From contig NC_134035.1 in assembly GCF_964204645.1 (NCBI RefSeq), positions 8,588,451 to 8,652,450 on the forward strand: a DNA stretch of 64,000 bases. The letters are read 5' to 3'. The stretch is from Tubulanus polymorphus. Taxonomy: Eukaryota > Animalia > Nemertea. The notes below the pieces were generated by a model. The model was not told where the DNA came from. It ran no database searches and saw only the letters and a program-made list of their open reading frames with translations. The position numbers and the translations under genes are program-made. Below are positions 28,256 to 40,123 of the stretch, piece by piece. Each line of letters begins with the position of its first letter. Position 1 is the stretch's first letter.

Positions 28256-30507
28256 AACATATAGAAAAAGTATTGCATCAATGGTTATGCTGTAACAAGC
28301 GACTCAACGTCTAAACGCTACGGATTAAAACAGCACAACCACCGTCAAAATGCAGTTCTCACCCCCGAAGGCAACTTTTCCACCAAACGGCATCTTCTCA
28401 ACATAATCATTCAAATATCCGTAATATGATGTTATACACTGTATGCAAATCATAGTTGTCAAATAAAAACGCTCTAATCCCAACACTGTGTCAAAATGAA
28501 CAAATTCCGCAATAGAATTTGTACCCGATAGTTGTATACAAGTGTAGTAATAGCATATTTATTTTCATTAATCCATACGCAAAATTTAATAAAGCGAATC
28601 ATTTTAAGTGCACTGTATGATTATGAAGCATCCAGTGCCAGCGATGAAAGAATTTATCAAAATGAAAGAACGTGGTTTCATTTCAATTGGATAGAAATAA
28701 GTATCGTGGGATTTCTTTTTCATATATCGATGCAAGTATTTCACAAATGAATAAGTAAAAATAATTTATTCGTATTGTTTCCCAAAGACAATTTAACTAG
28801 TCATACACAGAAGGAAAAACTGTTTGGATACCGTCTTGCTTATGAAAGAAAATGAAGATTTTGGAGGTTTTTAGGTCTGGTTCGCTCACAAAACTAAACC
28901 AGGCCCCTTAACTAAGGTTTGTTCGGCGGTCGGCTTTATACGGTCTGTTATCTATCGCTTTTGACGCGGTAGTACTTCCATAAAAGAACCCACTCAATCC
29001 CTTTTAAGAAGATACTACACATAGAATTGCCTAACAAAATACTTCAGTGTGTGACAGCGCTACTGTATATTCACCCGTCAAGTACAACGTCGCGATAGCC
29101 TAAGTGGGTACTTTCTACATCTTATGTATTAATATATATCAACATCAAACGAAGAGCCTTCTCTCGATGTATATATACACAATATCGAGCTACTAGATAA
29201 AACACGCGAAACTCGCGCACTAATTAAATGTTGCTTTCAACGCCGACGTGACATCTCTCGATCGAATTGTCCTCAAGTATAGATGGAATCTGATTAACCG
29301 CGAGTTGTTATATCAAAGGTTCGGCAGCAATTTATCCGGCGAGGGCTTTTCCAGTATGTGGCGGTCGAGATTTCGCGTTGCAGATTCTAATATCTGTATA
29401 AACATTATGCGCATTTATTATGTATGTCTATCTAATGCTAGAGTTTGGCCGTTTTGTCGCGTCAAGAACTGAGTAAACACTATAGCCACAGGGCAAGAAT
29501 TCAAGAATGTAAGAGTGGATGTGGCTACCATTTCTTGTTCTATTCATACGTCTTCGTAGTGTAAGTCGCAATCTTAGTATCGCCAAAAATGTTATCCCGA
29601 AAGTTACTAGCATCTTCATTTTGCAGGGGCGGAATCAGGGATGATCTCTAGGGTTCAGACCCTGTTTCCCATCGAGGTGGACCCTTTTATCCAGACAGAG
29701 ATCGTGGAAATTTAAAGTTTGACGCTCGATCCTTCGGAACTTGCATCTTTTTTCGTCTATTTCCTCGAAAATATGTAATGCCGAGGGAATACCCCACTAT
29801 TTTCATGCAGACTTTTCATCCGAGATTTCCTAAATCCACCCATCGATATTTCTAGAGTCATTTTCAAGAATGAGCAAAAAAAATCATACGGTTTACTAAT
29901 CAGTAATCTATGTGGATGTTCGTCTTAGAATTAATTCAATCAATCTCATATTCTTTCTCGTAAAGAAAATGGAGACGATTGATTCAAAAATCTAAAAGAA
30001 AAGCTTTCTATTAGAAAAAGGAGAAAACACTTTATCGTCTGGAAATGGGTTCTCCGCAATTCGTACCCAATCTGTTATCGTCCTGAGCTGCGGTATAGTA
30101 TTGTTTGTACGCTATTTCCCTTTCATTTCTCGGGTTTCGTCATATTCGAAAATAAGTCATTTTCTAATGACGTTCGAGAGGAAATGGAGACGGTTGAATA
30201 ATGGTTCCTGGAGATAATAACGTTCGACCACCGTCAGCACACAGGAACGCCATGACAGTGACCGAGGATATCAGGAAATTAGCCGTTTATAAAGTTATGA
30301 TAACGTTTGCGACAGAATGAGCGAATTACGGTAATTTTTTTTAACGGTCATCGGTCATGGTAGATCGATAGGGCGAACTACCTTACTGTTGGAGAATATT
30401 GAATATTTCTGTTTGAAAAAAGAGGGTTTCATTGTATTCGCGAGGACATTTCATAATGTATTCAATCACCATTCGTCATATTGGTTCCCGATCATACAGG
30501 GTTCACA

Positions 30508-30833
30508 CATCCTCGCTTGCCAGGGGTCCGGTATCGCTCCCCGAACTCGCTTCCACCAGCCTCCTGGCTTCGCGACGCGTAATTTCATCGATGGCACTTT
30601 AGCGCATGACGTCATTATATCAACTTGCGAAATACTTCCTTGTTCGCTAAAACGTTTGCTGATTGGTCCATTTCACTGGAAATCGAACAGAAGACTAAAT
30701 ATCGTTTGTTACAAGCACTGTGATTGGTCCGACTGGATTCTGGTCGGCTATTAACGATTCCAACGAGTCGCAAGGTCAAGCGGTTCGGGGAACGGCATTA
30801 GCTTAGGTGATTTCGATTCCCTTTACGAAGATG
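30508..30833. mobile_element. ~330-bp dispersed element starting CATCCTC (second subfamily), copy 2
   Basis: The first ~50 nt are identical to 661-712 and similarity continues to the end. Confidence 0.72.
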
Positions 30834-30934
30834 GGATTCTTCTAACGTAGTGTGTACATGACATTCATAATTGGTGACATTTTCAAGCAATTTCCGTCAC
30901 GAGAAAAATGTACGAAATCAAAGAGAATAAAAAT

Positions 30935-31268
30935 GAATTCAACTTATCAATAATTAGAAACAAAATGCACGAGGTTTAGAACTCGAGATCATCGTCACGT
31001 GTTGTTTAGATTGAAAAAAAAAAGATTATAAACTTAAGAATTGGATTTGGTTTGGTTCAATACACCTGAGGCCGGTTGCATAGTCATGGCTTAGACTTAA
31101 GACCAGTCAAAGACCAACTTAGTTCTATAGCTAATCTAACATAAGACGAGTCTTCAGATTTAAGACCACTTTTGGACTTAAGTCACGACTGTGCAACTGG
31201 CCCCTGACGATGATCTCTAGTTGAAAGTTTGAAACGTCGTGTATTCTAATTTCAATTATTGATGAATT
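30935..31268. mobile_element. Degenerate hammerhead-bearing fold-back element interrupted by a MITE
   Basis: The left arm (30935-31002) is the reverse complement of the right arm. Removing 31069-31206 restores AATACAC-CTGACGA-T-GATCTC...GAAA-CGTC-GTGTATT (7-bp stem I, GUC triplet, decayed stem II). Confidence 0.68.
31069..31203. mobile_element. 135-bp MITE with 3-bp CTG TSD (PIF/Harbinger-like)
   Basis: TIRs GGCCGGTTGCATAGTCATGGCTTA and TAAGTCACGACTGTGCAACTGGCC. CTG is duplicated at 31066-31068 and 31204-31206. Confidence 0.8.
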
Positions 31269-34200
31269 AAAATCGTTTTGAATTGTTTTGACTTCCGTGG
31301 GTTATAATCACAGCCCGATTACTGACAACCATAGGATCGTCCATTATTAATGTAGAAAAAAAGCTCACGCACAGTTCTTGTTGCAGAAACATCTTTATCT
31401 GTATTAGTTTCAAAGTGATTAATGAACAATGACAGGAACCACCTGAAGGTATATGCAATGTATCGATTTCAGATGAACTATTTGCGTATATTATTAAGCG
31501 TTCGTTTCTATATCGATGAGTTTCAATCTTAATGGCGTTAACTTCACTATTAGAACCTTAGCATCAGCGGAAAATATGCGAAGATTTCGTACGAAAATCT
31601 GAAAAAACCGTTAATTGCGAGCATCGTACGCACTGCCGATACCACCGCTAAGGACTGGGATGAAGCATTAACACTTGGGTTCGGATTTTAGAACTAAGCA
31701 TCGGCTATCGTAGCGAAGCCTCAGATAGGTAGTAGCATCCTACTTGTATACTGCGGCCCACGTTTGCATTGAAACGAACTTAATTTCGATCAGATACGAA
31801 AACTAACGCAATCTAGCGCGCTATTAATTAGTGGTACGGGTTCCTCGTTGAAATTGCGGTCTGTAAAACCGAGAGTGTATCGTATCGACGTCATTTTCTA
31901 GGGCGCTGAATTCGGAAATCGAAATACGCGCTATCGTGCTACCTGATGTGTTAAACAGCGTGATTTCCATCGGCTTGTTTATACGATATGTCGGATCACC
32001 AGTGTGCGACTTATTTGCCAATTGTAACGACCGCGAATATCGTGTCGTCGGCGACACGACGCCAAAAAGCGATTTCTCGTATCGCGAGATGCTTTTTACG
32101 ACCCGAAAACCTATTGCAAACGTAGTAAGTCGTCGTAACGGATCGATAAGATTACGTACGTGCGACGGATTTTTAGTTTTGTTTTATATCTTTATTTACG
32201 CCGCTCTTGAGCTGAAGGTGTTACTTAGTAGCCGATGATGTTGTCCGATTGCAGTAAATTTCCTCGTCAAATAGCTATCACTTATTTTGTAGCCCTCGTC
32301 ACGAAATGGTAAGCTCGGTCGTATCAGCGGCTAGACTATACATCTTCGGTGTGAACGACGTGGTTTGATCATCGCCGGGTGACTTTACTATAAACGTACC
32401 AGCCCGCCTTACTTGGCCCAGTTCCGTGCCCGTGTTTTGATCGATCAAGCATAGTCCGGTTAGTACTCCGTGTTATGATTTTGCCGCACCCATGGATTTG
32501 GAACCGTCGAAAGTTTTGTCGTTGTTCATAGATTGAAAATCGCAGCTGCTACAAAAACAAAAAGGGATCCACAACAGTCAAAACAAAAATGTTATTGATC
32601 TCCTAAGACATTACGGGCAGAGCGTAATCTATTACTTGTGTCTAGATGAATGTTAGATGAGTTATTTACGTGCAGTGGATATGAAGCGAATTCGTCTTTT
32701 TAATGCGTTCAATAGGGCAGATTTTGAACGTTACAAATTACGCAATTTTACAGACAATTCGCCAGGTCGATGAAACTTTATCGATGTAACACGACTGCAA
32801 ATCGCATAGATTTACAGGACGTGTCCCAGGGAACCAAACTGTTTAAGTGAGGCGTCAGGGAAGCCATTTGAATCAGGACCCACCGCCTGTGAGGGTAGAT
32901 ACCAGCTCCCCATGTTTGGGATAATAAGCATGCGTAGTATATCGATTAAGATCCTTGGACTTGGATCGAAAGTTGTGTACTTTCTAACTTTTTAAATCGA
33001 ACTTTACGATTACGATTACGATTACGATTTTATTTACACTCCAACCATTTCCATGGTATATGGAGGAAAACTATTAAACATTTATATACAAATATTTACA
33101 AAACAACAACTCAGTGATTGTCACGCCATCTGTCGGCGGTGTGGTTTCCCATAAAACCATTACGTACCGTGACGTGTATAACATTTAAACAACTAGGGAT
33201 TGTCTGGTGTGGTATCGAATAGGAAATGAATTAATTGCTATTCGCGTCTTGTTTCCTGTGTTCATTCAAGATGCGATGGAAACCTATTTACACTACGAAC
33301 ACGACTTGTAACAACATTGAACAGTGAGACATCTTAACCCTTGAACGTCGTCCATGTTGGGCTGGATTGGATAAAACTGCATGAGTTAAAAACCGTTACA
33401 ATAATGTCGTTATACAGTCGACATCAGTATTGACGTTTCGAATTATCGATGTATCCAAATAAAAAATATACATTTATCGATCCTAAACATTATATAATTC
33501 ATATTATATCATTTATTGTCGACACAATACGGCATCTTATGGCATGTATATTAACAGGGCTGCAATAAGTGGGGCCGGGGTGGGTTCACCCAGCACTGGC
33601 AGTGGTTGTCTACACCAGTGATCTCCGTCGCTCTAACGATCCTAGTGTATCCAACTGTGGTACATCAGACACTAAGATTCTTGGTGAAGGGGTGGGGGCG
33701 TAGTTGCCCCGAGGAACTTTGGAAAAGCGCCCTTTATAATAATAATAATCTTTATTTACATTGAAATTATAACATAATATAACACCCAGTTTTATACATG
33801 ATTTGATAGATATATAAATATGTTTTTTGCACTATGTCACTGCCCTTTTTGGGTTTATCTGCCTCCGACTAAGAATATTATATGTGTTACATTTCAAGGT
33901 GTCAATAGATTTTCAAGTTAGTTTTCTTGTTTATAGAGTGTTTCATCGACGCTTATTAAGCCGTACATGTCACATGTACAACGACGATGACTGTTTATCG
34001 CTGTACCGAGTGGCGGATGCGAAGCGCAGAAACTAGTAAGAAACAACGCCGTTATACGGCTGCTGCGCCTTGTCATCGGGGATGATTGCTATCCGTCCGT
34101 TCTGTTCGACGTCGATAAGAAGAGACCTTTTCAATTGCGCGGTAGTGAAACACGCAGACGTCATTCTGTCATCCGAGGAGCATATAAGAAACTATAATTA

Positions 34201-35159
34201 CACACTCGTTGCTTACGGTTCGGATGATTGTACCCGGGTAACGGCTAACAGCCGATGCCAGAATCGATGACCGAAAATTGAATGTCGATATTATCAATTC
34301 TGATTCGTGTGGAATTCTTTGAATTATTCAAAACGTTCGCCGAATACTAAACTGGTTGAAGCCTATTCATAACTAAATGAAATTCATTTTTTCCGGGTTT
34401 TACGTTCATCAGCGTGGTTTAAAACAATGGGGGGGGGGGTTAGTCCCGAGTTTTGCTATGACTACTCAAAATAATGGATAAGATAAAAACTCACTCAGAT
34501 TTAAAGTTTTAAAAATCGAACATTAGATATCGGGTATATAATGCGTTTCTAGATGAACTCAGCTTGATCGTGTGTGACACCTGACGAATCCGTATATAAT
34601 GGGTTCGTATCTGTTCTCCGCGTTTGAATGTGGTTATTTTACAGTTATTTCAAATAACATGAATTCAAGATGGAGGGACGTATGAGGAAGGCCATAAATG
34701 TTTTTAAAATGTCCAGGCCACCCTCGTACAGCCAAACACACTCGCCTTCTTTCGCGTGCCACTCGCGCGCAGAAAGATTTAAGTGCGTAATGGCAAAACT
34801 GGCATAAAAAAAACTGAAAAGAAAAACTGAACGTAGGAAGATTTGAGGATACACTGTTTGAGAACACGACACATGATGTTGGTACAATGAACGAGACTGG
34901 TTATTCCAAGTTAACGTCGTGATTAACGAATGCTTTTGGAAGTCATGTACAACTGAGCCCGCGGGTTTTTTTGATAATCCAATTCATTTCAATTTAATCT
35001 TTATTGCACCGTAATACGTACATTATTTGCTTTTTACAATAAATAGGAGAACATGAATCGAGTGTCAAAAAGAAGAGTACATGTATAGTATATCAGGAGA
35101 TGAAAGAGAGAGAGATACAATTTATAGCAGTCTATATACAAACATGATAAGATAAGAAA

Positions 35160-35405
35160 CATCTAACAATCAATCCCTCTGCTAGTCGTCCCTCGCGTTC
35201 ATCTAGTCTAAGCCGGACATAGAGCCTACGCGTACTCAGCCCCAGTACTATGGGATATGTTACCTATTCCTATTAAATCTAGTCCTTCAATCGATTTTTT
35301 TTTAAATCCCATCTCAAAATCCATGTTTATCGAAAATTTTAAATTGAGCATATTTTGTATGGATTTTAGGCTGAATAAATTGATATTGTTATTGATCATT
35401 GTTAT
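35160..35405 (+). mobile_element. Retroposon (LINE/SINE) 3' end; second copy at 45698-45998
   Basis: ATCTAACAATCAATCCCT..CATAGAGCCT..TGAGCATATTTT..ATGGATTTT..AATAAATT plus a TTA/TTG tail, shared with 45698-45998. Confidence 0.65.
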
Positions 35406-36000
35406 CTTAAAAGAGACGTTCGCGTCCATAGCAGACACGTGTTGACCAGCGATATAACGTTGATCAAAGGACGTGTTGGTCTATTCCCCCGGCAAATTCG
35501 ACGTCCAACCAACGGAGCGGGTAATTTACGACGAAGCAGTACGGTGACATCTGGTTCAGACGACATAGTCACAGCTGCGTATATTCAAAACAAAACTGAA
35601 TTCATTCCATAAGTAATACGCTAAAATGACGTCAGATTGACTATGAAAGCTGGCGTTGTCTCCGTCAAACAACGGATTTTTATATCGTATATATAGTTCA
35701 CGCGTGTAGGTTGAAACAGGATCAGTAACAGAAAGTATTCGAGTTTTGATAGCGTTTTGATTACCAGTTAGAAATCAATATTCCAGCTCGGCCTTAATTG
35801 GCTTTGATATTCAGGTCATCATCGCCTTCGTTTTTGATTAAATCAACTTTGAACTTATGGATTCATCGTATTACGTGTAAGTATTTTTGTCGATTCTGTT
35901 TTCATGATCTCTTTTCATTTTGTCAATTCAGATGCACGAACGCGGTCGGATAATTTGAGCGCGCAAACGAAATGCTCGTCTCGCACTGGAGCAAGTCATT

Positions 36001-37485
36001 ATGACCCAAATCTCCGACGGCAGCTTTCCACCACTAGACGGCGTTAACCTTTCATCGGAAGCGTGTTTGAATTGGACGCGCGCGGACGCTTCGAATATCA
36101 CCGCCCGTCCGTCGGGTTGTTACCGAAACAATGCCAGCTTCGCCATCAACGCGACGACGGCGTCCGATGCGTCGGGAAGCGGACAATGGAGCGCCGAGGT
36201 CATTCAGAGAATCGTCACGTTGTCGATCATCGTCGTGATGACGATTCTGGGAAACAGTTTCATTCTGGTGATTTTAACGTGTAGCAAAACGCGTCGCATG
36301 AACAGCCGCGTCAACATCTTCATCATAAACCTAGCCATCGGGGATCTGTGCGTGTGCGTCGTGACCATGACCACGGAAATCCTGTTCGCCGCTTTCGACC
36401 ACTGGGTGCTGGGCGCGGCCGCCTGCAAAATCATCCTCTACGGCCAAATAGTGACCCTAGCCAGTACGACATTCCTTTTGACGACGATGAGTTTCGACCG
36501 CTATCTGGCGCTGTGTAAGCCGCTTTCTTTGCGTTGCAGCAGCGCCCGCGTGCGCCAGTGGATGATCGCCCTGTCGTGGGTAGCCGCGTTGATTTTCGCG
36601 TTGCCCCAGTTATTCATATTCGTGCAAATTCAAAAAACTAACAACGGAGTAGTTACGTACCAGTGCGCCAGTAAAGGATACACGGCCTTCTGGCAAAGGA
36701 AAGTATACTTCACCTTCTTGGCGTCGTACATTCTCGTTATACCAAGCATCATCATATCATTCTGTTATATAAATATAGTGCGCGTCGTCTGGCAACAGGG
36801 CAGGGATTTCGGGCTGCCGAAAAGTTGTACGTCGTCCACATCGACGTCGACCCGTTCGACGGCGTACACGATGAGAAAATGCGTTTCCGATCAAAAGGCG
36901 ATTCCGCGCGTTCGCCTGAGGACTATAAAAATGACCTTATGTATTATCATACTGTTCATAGCTTGTTGGACGCCGTATTTTATCACGCATCTCGTACGGA
37001 TATACAGCGAATATACGATCAAACCGCCCAGGGCCGTCATGGCTTTCGCGGAAACCGTTGCCTTGTTACAAAGTGCTTTAAACCCGATTCTGTACGGCTG
37101 TTTCAACATCAAACTGAAACGCGGCCTGTCCGAGGTGTTCTGTCAGAATCGCAATCGCAGATTCTACAACGGCCGCAGCGGGTTCTACTCGGAATATTAT
37201 TCCTGTTCGGACGAGAACGCGTCCAGCGCGCCCCATCAGTCGCGCAAGCAGTCGCTGCTGCGCGGGCATCCGCGTGACCTGAACGGTTACAATACGAACA
37301 GCGAGCTAAACGCCAGCCCGAACCGTCGACAGATTCCGGTCGCCAACAGGAAAAGACCTAGCTGGCGAGAACGTATTTTCAAAGGTCGTGGGGAGTCGGC
37401 AGCCACGGCCGGGACGTACTCCGTCACTTTGAACGTCCCGCTACGAGGGGACAATGCTACTTCCGAAGTAGTTACTTCTATCTAG
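36001..37485 (+). CDS. Class A (rhodopsin) neuropeptide GPCR, vasopressin/oxytocin-NPS/CCAP-GnRH receptor superfamily; possibly achatin-receptor type
   Basis: 494-aa ORF with 7 hydrophobic segments: TM1 GN, TM2 NLAIGDL, ECL1 W-x-x-G-x-x-x-C, TM3 MSFDRY, TM6 FIACWTPYF, TM7 SALNPILY. The N-terminus has several N-glycosylation sequons. A polypyrimidine tract plus CAG ending at 35931 suggests an upstream non-coding exon. The subfamily call is inference from remembered motifs. Confidence 0.93.
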   Translation: MTQISDGSFPPLDGVNLSSEACLNWTRADASNITARPSGCYRNNASFAINATTASDASGSGQWSAEVIQRIVTLSIIVVMTILGNSFILVILTCSKTRRMNSRVNIFIINLAIGDLCVCVVTMTTEILFAAFDHWVLGAAACKIILYGQIVTLASTTFLLTTMSFDRYLALCKPLSLRCSSARVRQWMIALSWVAALIFALPQLFIFVQIQKTNNGVVTYQCASKGYTAFWQRKVYFTFLASYILVIPSIIISFCYINIVRVVWQQGRDFGLPKSCTSSTSTSTRSTAYTMRKCVSDQKAIPRVRLRTIKMTLCIIILFIACWTPYFITHLVRIYSEYTIKPPRAVMAFAETVALLQSALNPILYGCFNIKLKRGLSEVFCQNRNRRFYNGRSGFYSEYYSCSDENASSAPHQSRKQSLLRGHPRDLNGYNTNSELNASPNRRQIPVANRKRPSWRERIFKGRGESAATAGTYSVTLNVPLRGDNATSEVVTSI

Positions 37486-38072
37486 AATATAAAGGCCTTG
37501 TAATGAGGTTTACCGTCGCTGTGCATACCGACAAAAACACAGTCTACTCAAAATCACGTTCATCGAGTATGTATTTTGGCGATTGGACAATGATTTAACG
37601 TAATTTGACCATAAGATTCTCAACGTTGAATTTTGCATTTCCCTGAAATATATGCAAGCGTCTATTCAAAACGGTTAGGCCTAATTCGTTTCAAAACGCG
37701 GTAGACTTGTATATAAAAATCCAATTATCATCACGCTGTATACATAGCCGGTGCGCGGATGTGGATGAAGCTGCTCTCGAAACGTCACGATTTTTTCTCG
37801 TCGTTTAATCACCCATCACGCCTGTTCACAAATTAAACCATCTTGGATTTATCGGTGACGATCGAACGTTAGCGGTTGATATATTAATAACCGTTTTGCG
37901 CGCGTTGGAATTATATGCAACTGAACCTCCTCGATGTAAAACCACGTGTCCGGTAACAAGAGTCTGGTCGATTGGCTGTGTACATTCAGGTTTCTGTGAT
38001 GTTCGGCGTTTTAAGGCCAATGCTGTCCCTTAATCTGTCGAGTCGAACCTGCTGTGGCAGGCTCTTTTCACC

Positions 38073-38454
38073 GGGGTTCTTACGGGTTTTTTTGAAATTT
38101 TTGAAAATGGGAATTTTTTTCAGGCCCTTGAAAAGCTTTGGGAATTTTTTAACTTTTTCTCTATGGCTTTGGAAACAGTATGGAAAATGGTCTCAAAATA
38201 AAAATTGTCCCTCGATTTGGGATTTAAGGCTTTAAGCCTATTGTAATTTTGATAACAACGCTTAGTTGTCACATTTCAGATAACACATTGTTCGCAGCCA
38301 TTACGCATCGGAGGACAATCTTTATTGGCACTTATTTACTTTGAATGGGCCTTATACATTGCGTGTTCTGGTCGGCCATTTTTTGGTAATTTAGGTTATG
38401 GAAAATTTGTAATCTGGGTATGGAAAATCGAATTGGACAACTCGTAAGAACCCC
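38073..38454. mobile_element. MITE downstream of the GPCR stop (hAT-like ends)
   Basis: GGGGTTCTTACG ... CGTAAGAACCCC terminal inverted repeats and repeated TATGGAAA subterminal motifs. Confidence 0.6.
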
Positions 38455-39467
38455 GTTCCACGTCGAAAGTGGCATTTTTCACGTAAACTACTTAAATCTA
38501 TTATCTTGATGATTTGTTTGTCGAGTAATTGAGACATAAATAAATTCGTCGGGTACGTACGTTTTATTCGAAAGTGTGATAATAATGGTCTTGATGTTGA
38601 ATAAAGTTTTTTTTTTCTTTTAAAAAACCGTTCGTTGCTTCGATTTCTGGGTACGATCCGGCCGAATAGACGGGGAAGGGAGGGTAGGAAAAATCATCGA
38701 TAAGAATGAACAATGCCCGTGGACAATCGGCTTTATGTAACATCTAATTTTAAGGCTGCACACCATAGTTCATAAGTTATTGCGATTTTAACGATGCTCA
38801 AAAATGAGGTTAATATAACCGAAAATTGGAAAGCACCGGCGTCACCTTGATAGCCGAAATGCAACACTCCCACCGTTGTCAGAGTGACAACGCCGAGCGT
38901 GCGAAGGCCCGAGATGTTTTCTTTCCAACGCGGTACCGGGAAAGTCTGCACAGCTTACCGATTGTATCAATCGCATAATTACCAAGTTTTTCATCTCCCA
39001 TACTAGCCTACAACCCTATCCCTGCTATCTGATTGGGTTGTAACAAGGTAGGTAGCCATTGCGTATATGAGTTCATTTTTCTGGCCCCGGCCACGGGTTA
39101 TTCGTGACCCAAGAAACTAACAACGATTTTCCAGCGAGCTTCATCAACTCGTAGCTGGAGGTCTTCGATTTGTTACTATCCAATAGTTAAGGTCTTTTTT
39201 ATGCCTGGCTCATGGTTTTCATAGTGAGTTCGAGTTAATTGAACAGTAAAATAGTGTTCAATTCATTCATTTGTAACGCATGACTGACCTACTGACCTAA
39301 TTTTCCACAAGCTGGCAAACTAGTCGAACCTGGCCGCTCAAACTGCGTAAACATGCCAAACGGATATCTTACAGTCGTTTTAATGCCCAAACATTGAACT
39401 GTGGTGTCGAGAGAATCCCACAATGATTACGAAAAACAGTCCGAAAATGTTACTTTGAGCTAGTAGT

Positions 39468-39511
39468 TTATGCAACGTTTCGACTATCCTAATAGTCATC
39501 TTCAGGAATAA
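39468..39511 (-). ncRNA. Minimal type I hammerhead ribozyme motif (left arm of fold-back element)
   Basis: Minus strand reads TTATTC-CTGAAGA-T-GACTAT-TAGG-ATAGTC-GAAA-CGTT-GCATAA: perfect 6-bp stem II and one stem I mismatch. Confidence 0.75.
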
Positions 39512-39531
39512 TGAGGAAATCTTCAGGAACA

Positions 39532-39577
39532 TTATTCCTGAAGATGACTATTAGGATATAGACGAAACGTTGAATAA
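39532..39577 (+). ncRNA. Minimal type I hammerhead ribozyme motif (right arm of fold-back element)
   Basis: TTATTC-CTGAAGA-T-GACTAT..ATAGAC-GAAA-CGTT-GAATAA: 6-bp stem I, conserved core, stem II with one mismatch, GUU cleavage triplet. Confidence 0.75.
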
Positions 39578-39978
39578 ACTACTAGCTCAAAGTAACATTT
39601 TCGGACTGTTTTTCGTAATTATTGTGGGATTCTCTCTACATCGCTTCAACATGGATATAGTGTTTTATCAATCGTGACTGAACAGTGGTGATTGTGTTAG
39701 AATTAATTTTCAACTGAAAAATGATTGCACCACTAGATCCCCAAGCCCTAAAGGTTTTTTTTAATCTCTCAGAAAATGGTTCAGATGTCGATTATGGACC
39801 TGAGATTATCTTCAATAACGCCGAGATGCGTTAGCACCTGTTGGTCAGTTTGAAGAAAACGACGACTGTAAGACAATATTCATGTATAAATTAAACTTAA
39901 TCTATTCGATATGAAAAAAAAGTCGCTAGGTTTAAGCCAGCACATTCAATGCCTAATTAGTCAAAAAGACGGAAATCT

Positions 39979-40071
39979 CAGGATCCAGTTTGACAGTTGT
40001 GAGTTAGAGTTAACTGAGTTAAAATTAGTTCATTTTCAATTCTTAACTCACAACTGTGGAACTGGGTCCTG
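39979..40071. mobile_element. Short MITE; second copy at 48987-49091
   Basis: CAGGATCCAGTT..CAGTTGTGAGTTA / TAACTCACAACTGTGGAACTGGGTCCTG. Shares the core TTAGTTCATTTTCAATT with 48987-49091. Confidence 0.7.
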
Positions 40072-40123
40072 ATGTTTACTGGCAAAAAAACTCCCGTCAA
40101 CTAAACGCAAGTTGGACGTTCAA

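Larger units (their letters stand above)
39407..39678 (+). mobile_element. Hammerhead-bearing fold-back element (Penelope-like terminus), with TSD
   Basis: Inverted arms of about 105 bp (39409-39513 and 39530-39636) plus a 3' tail. Flanked by TGAACTGTGGTG (39395-39406) and TGAACAGTGGTG (39679-39690). Confidence 0.75.
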
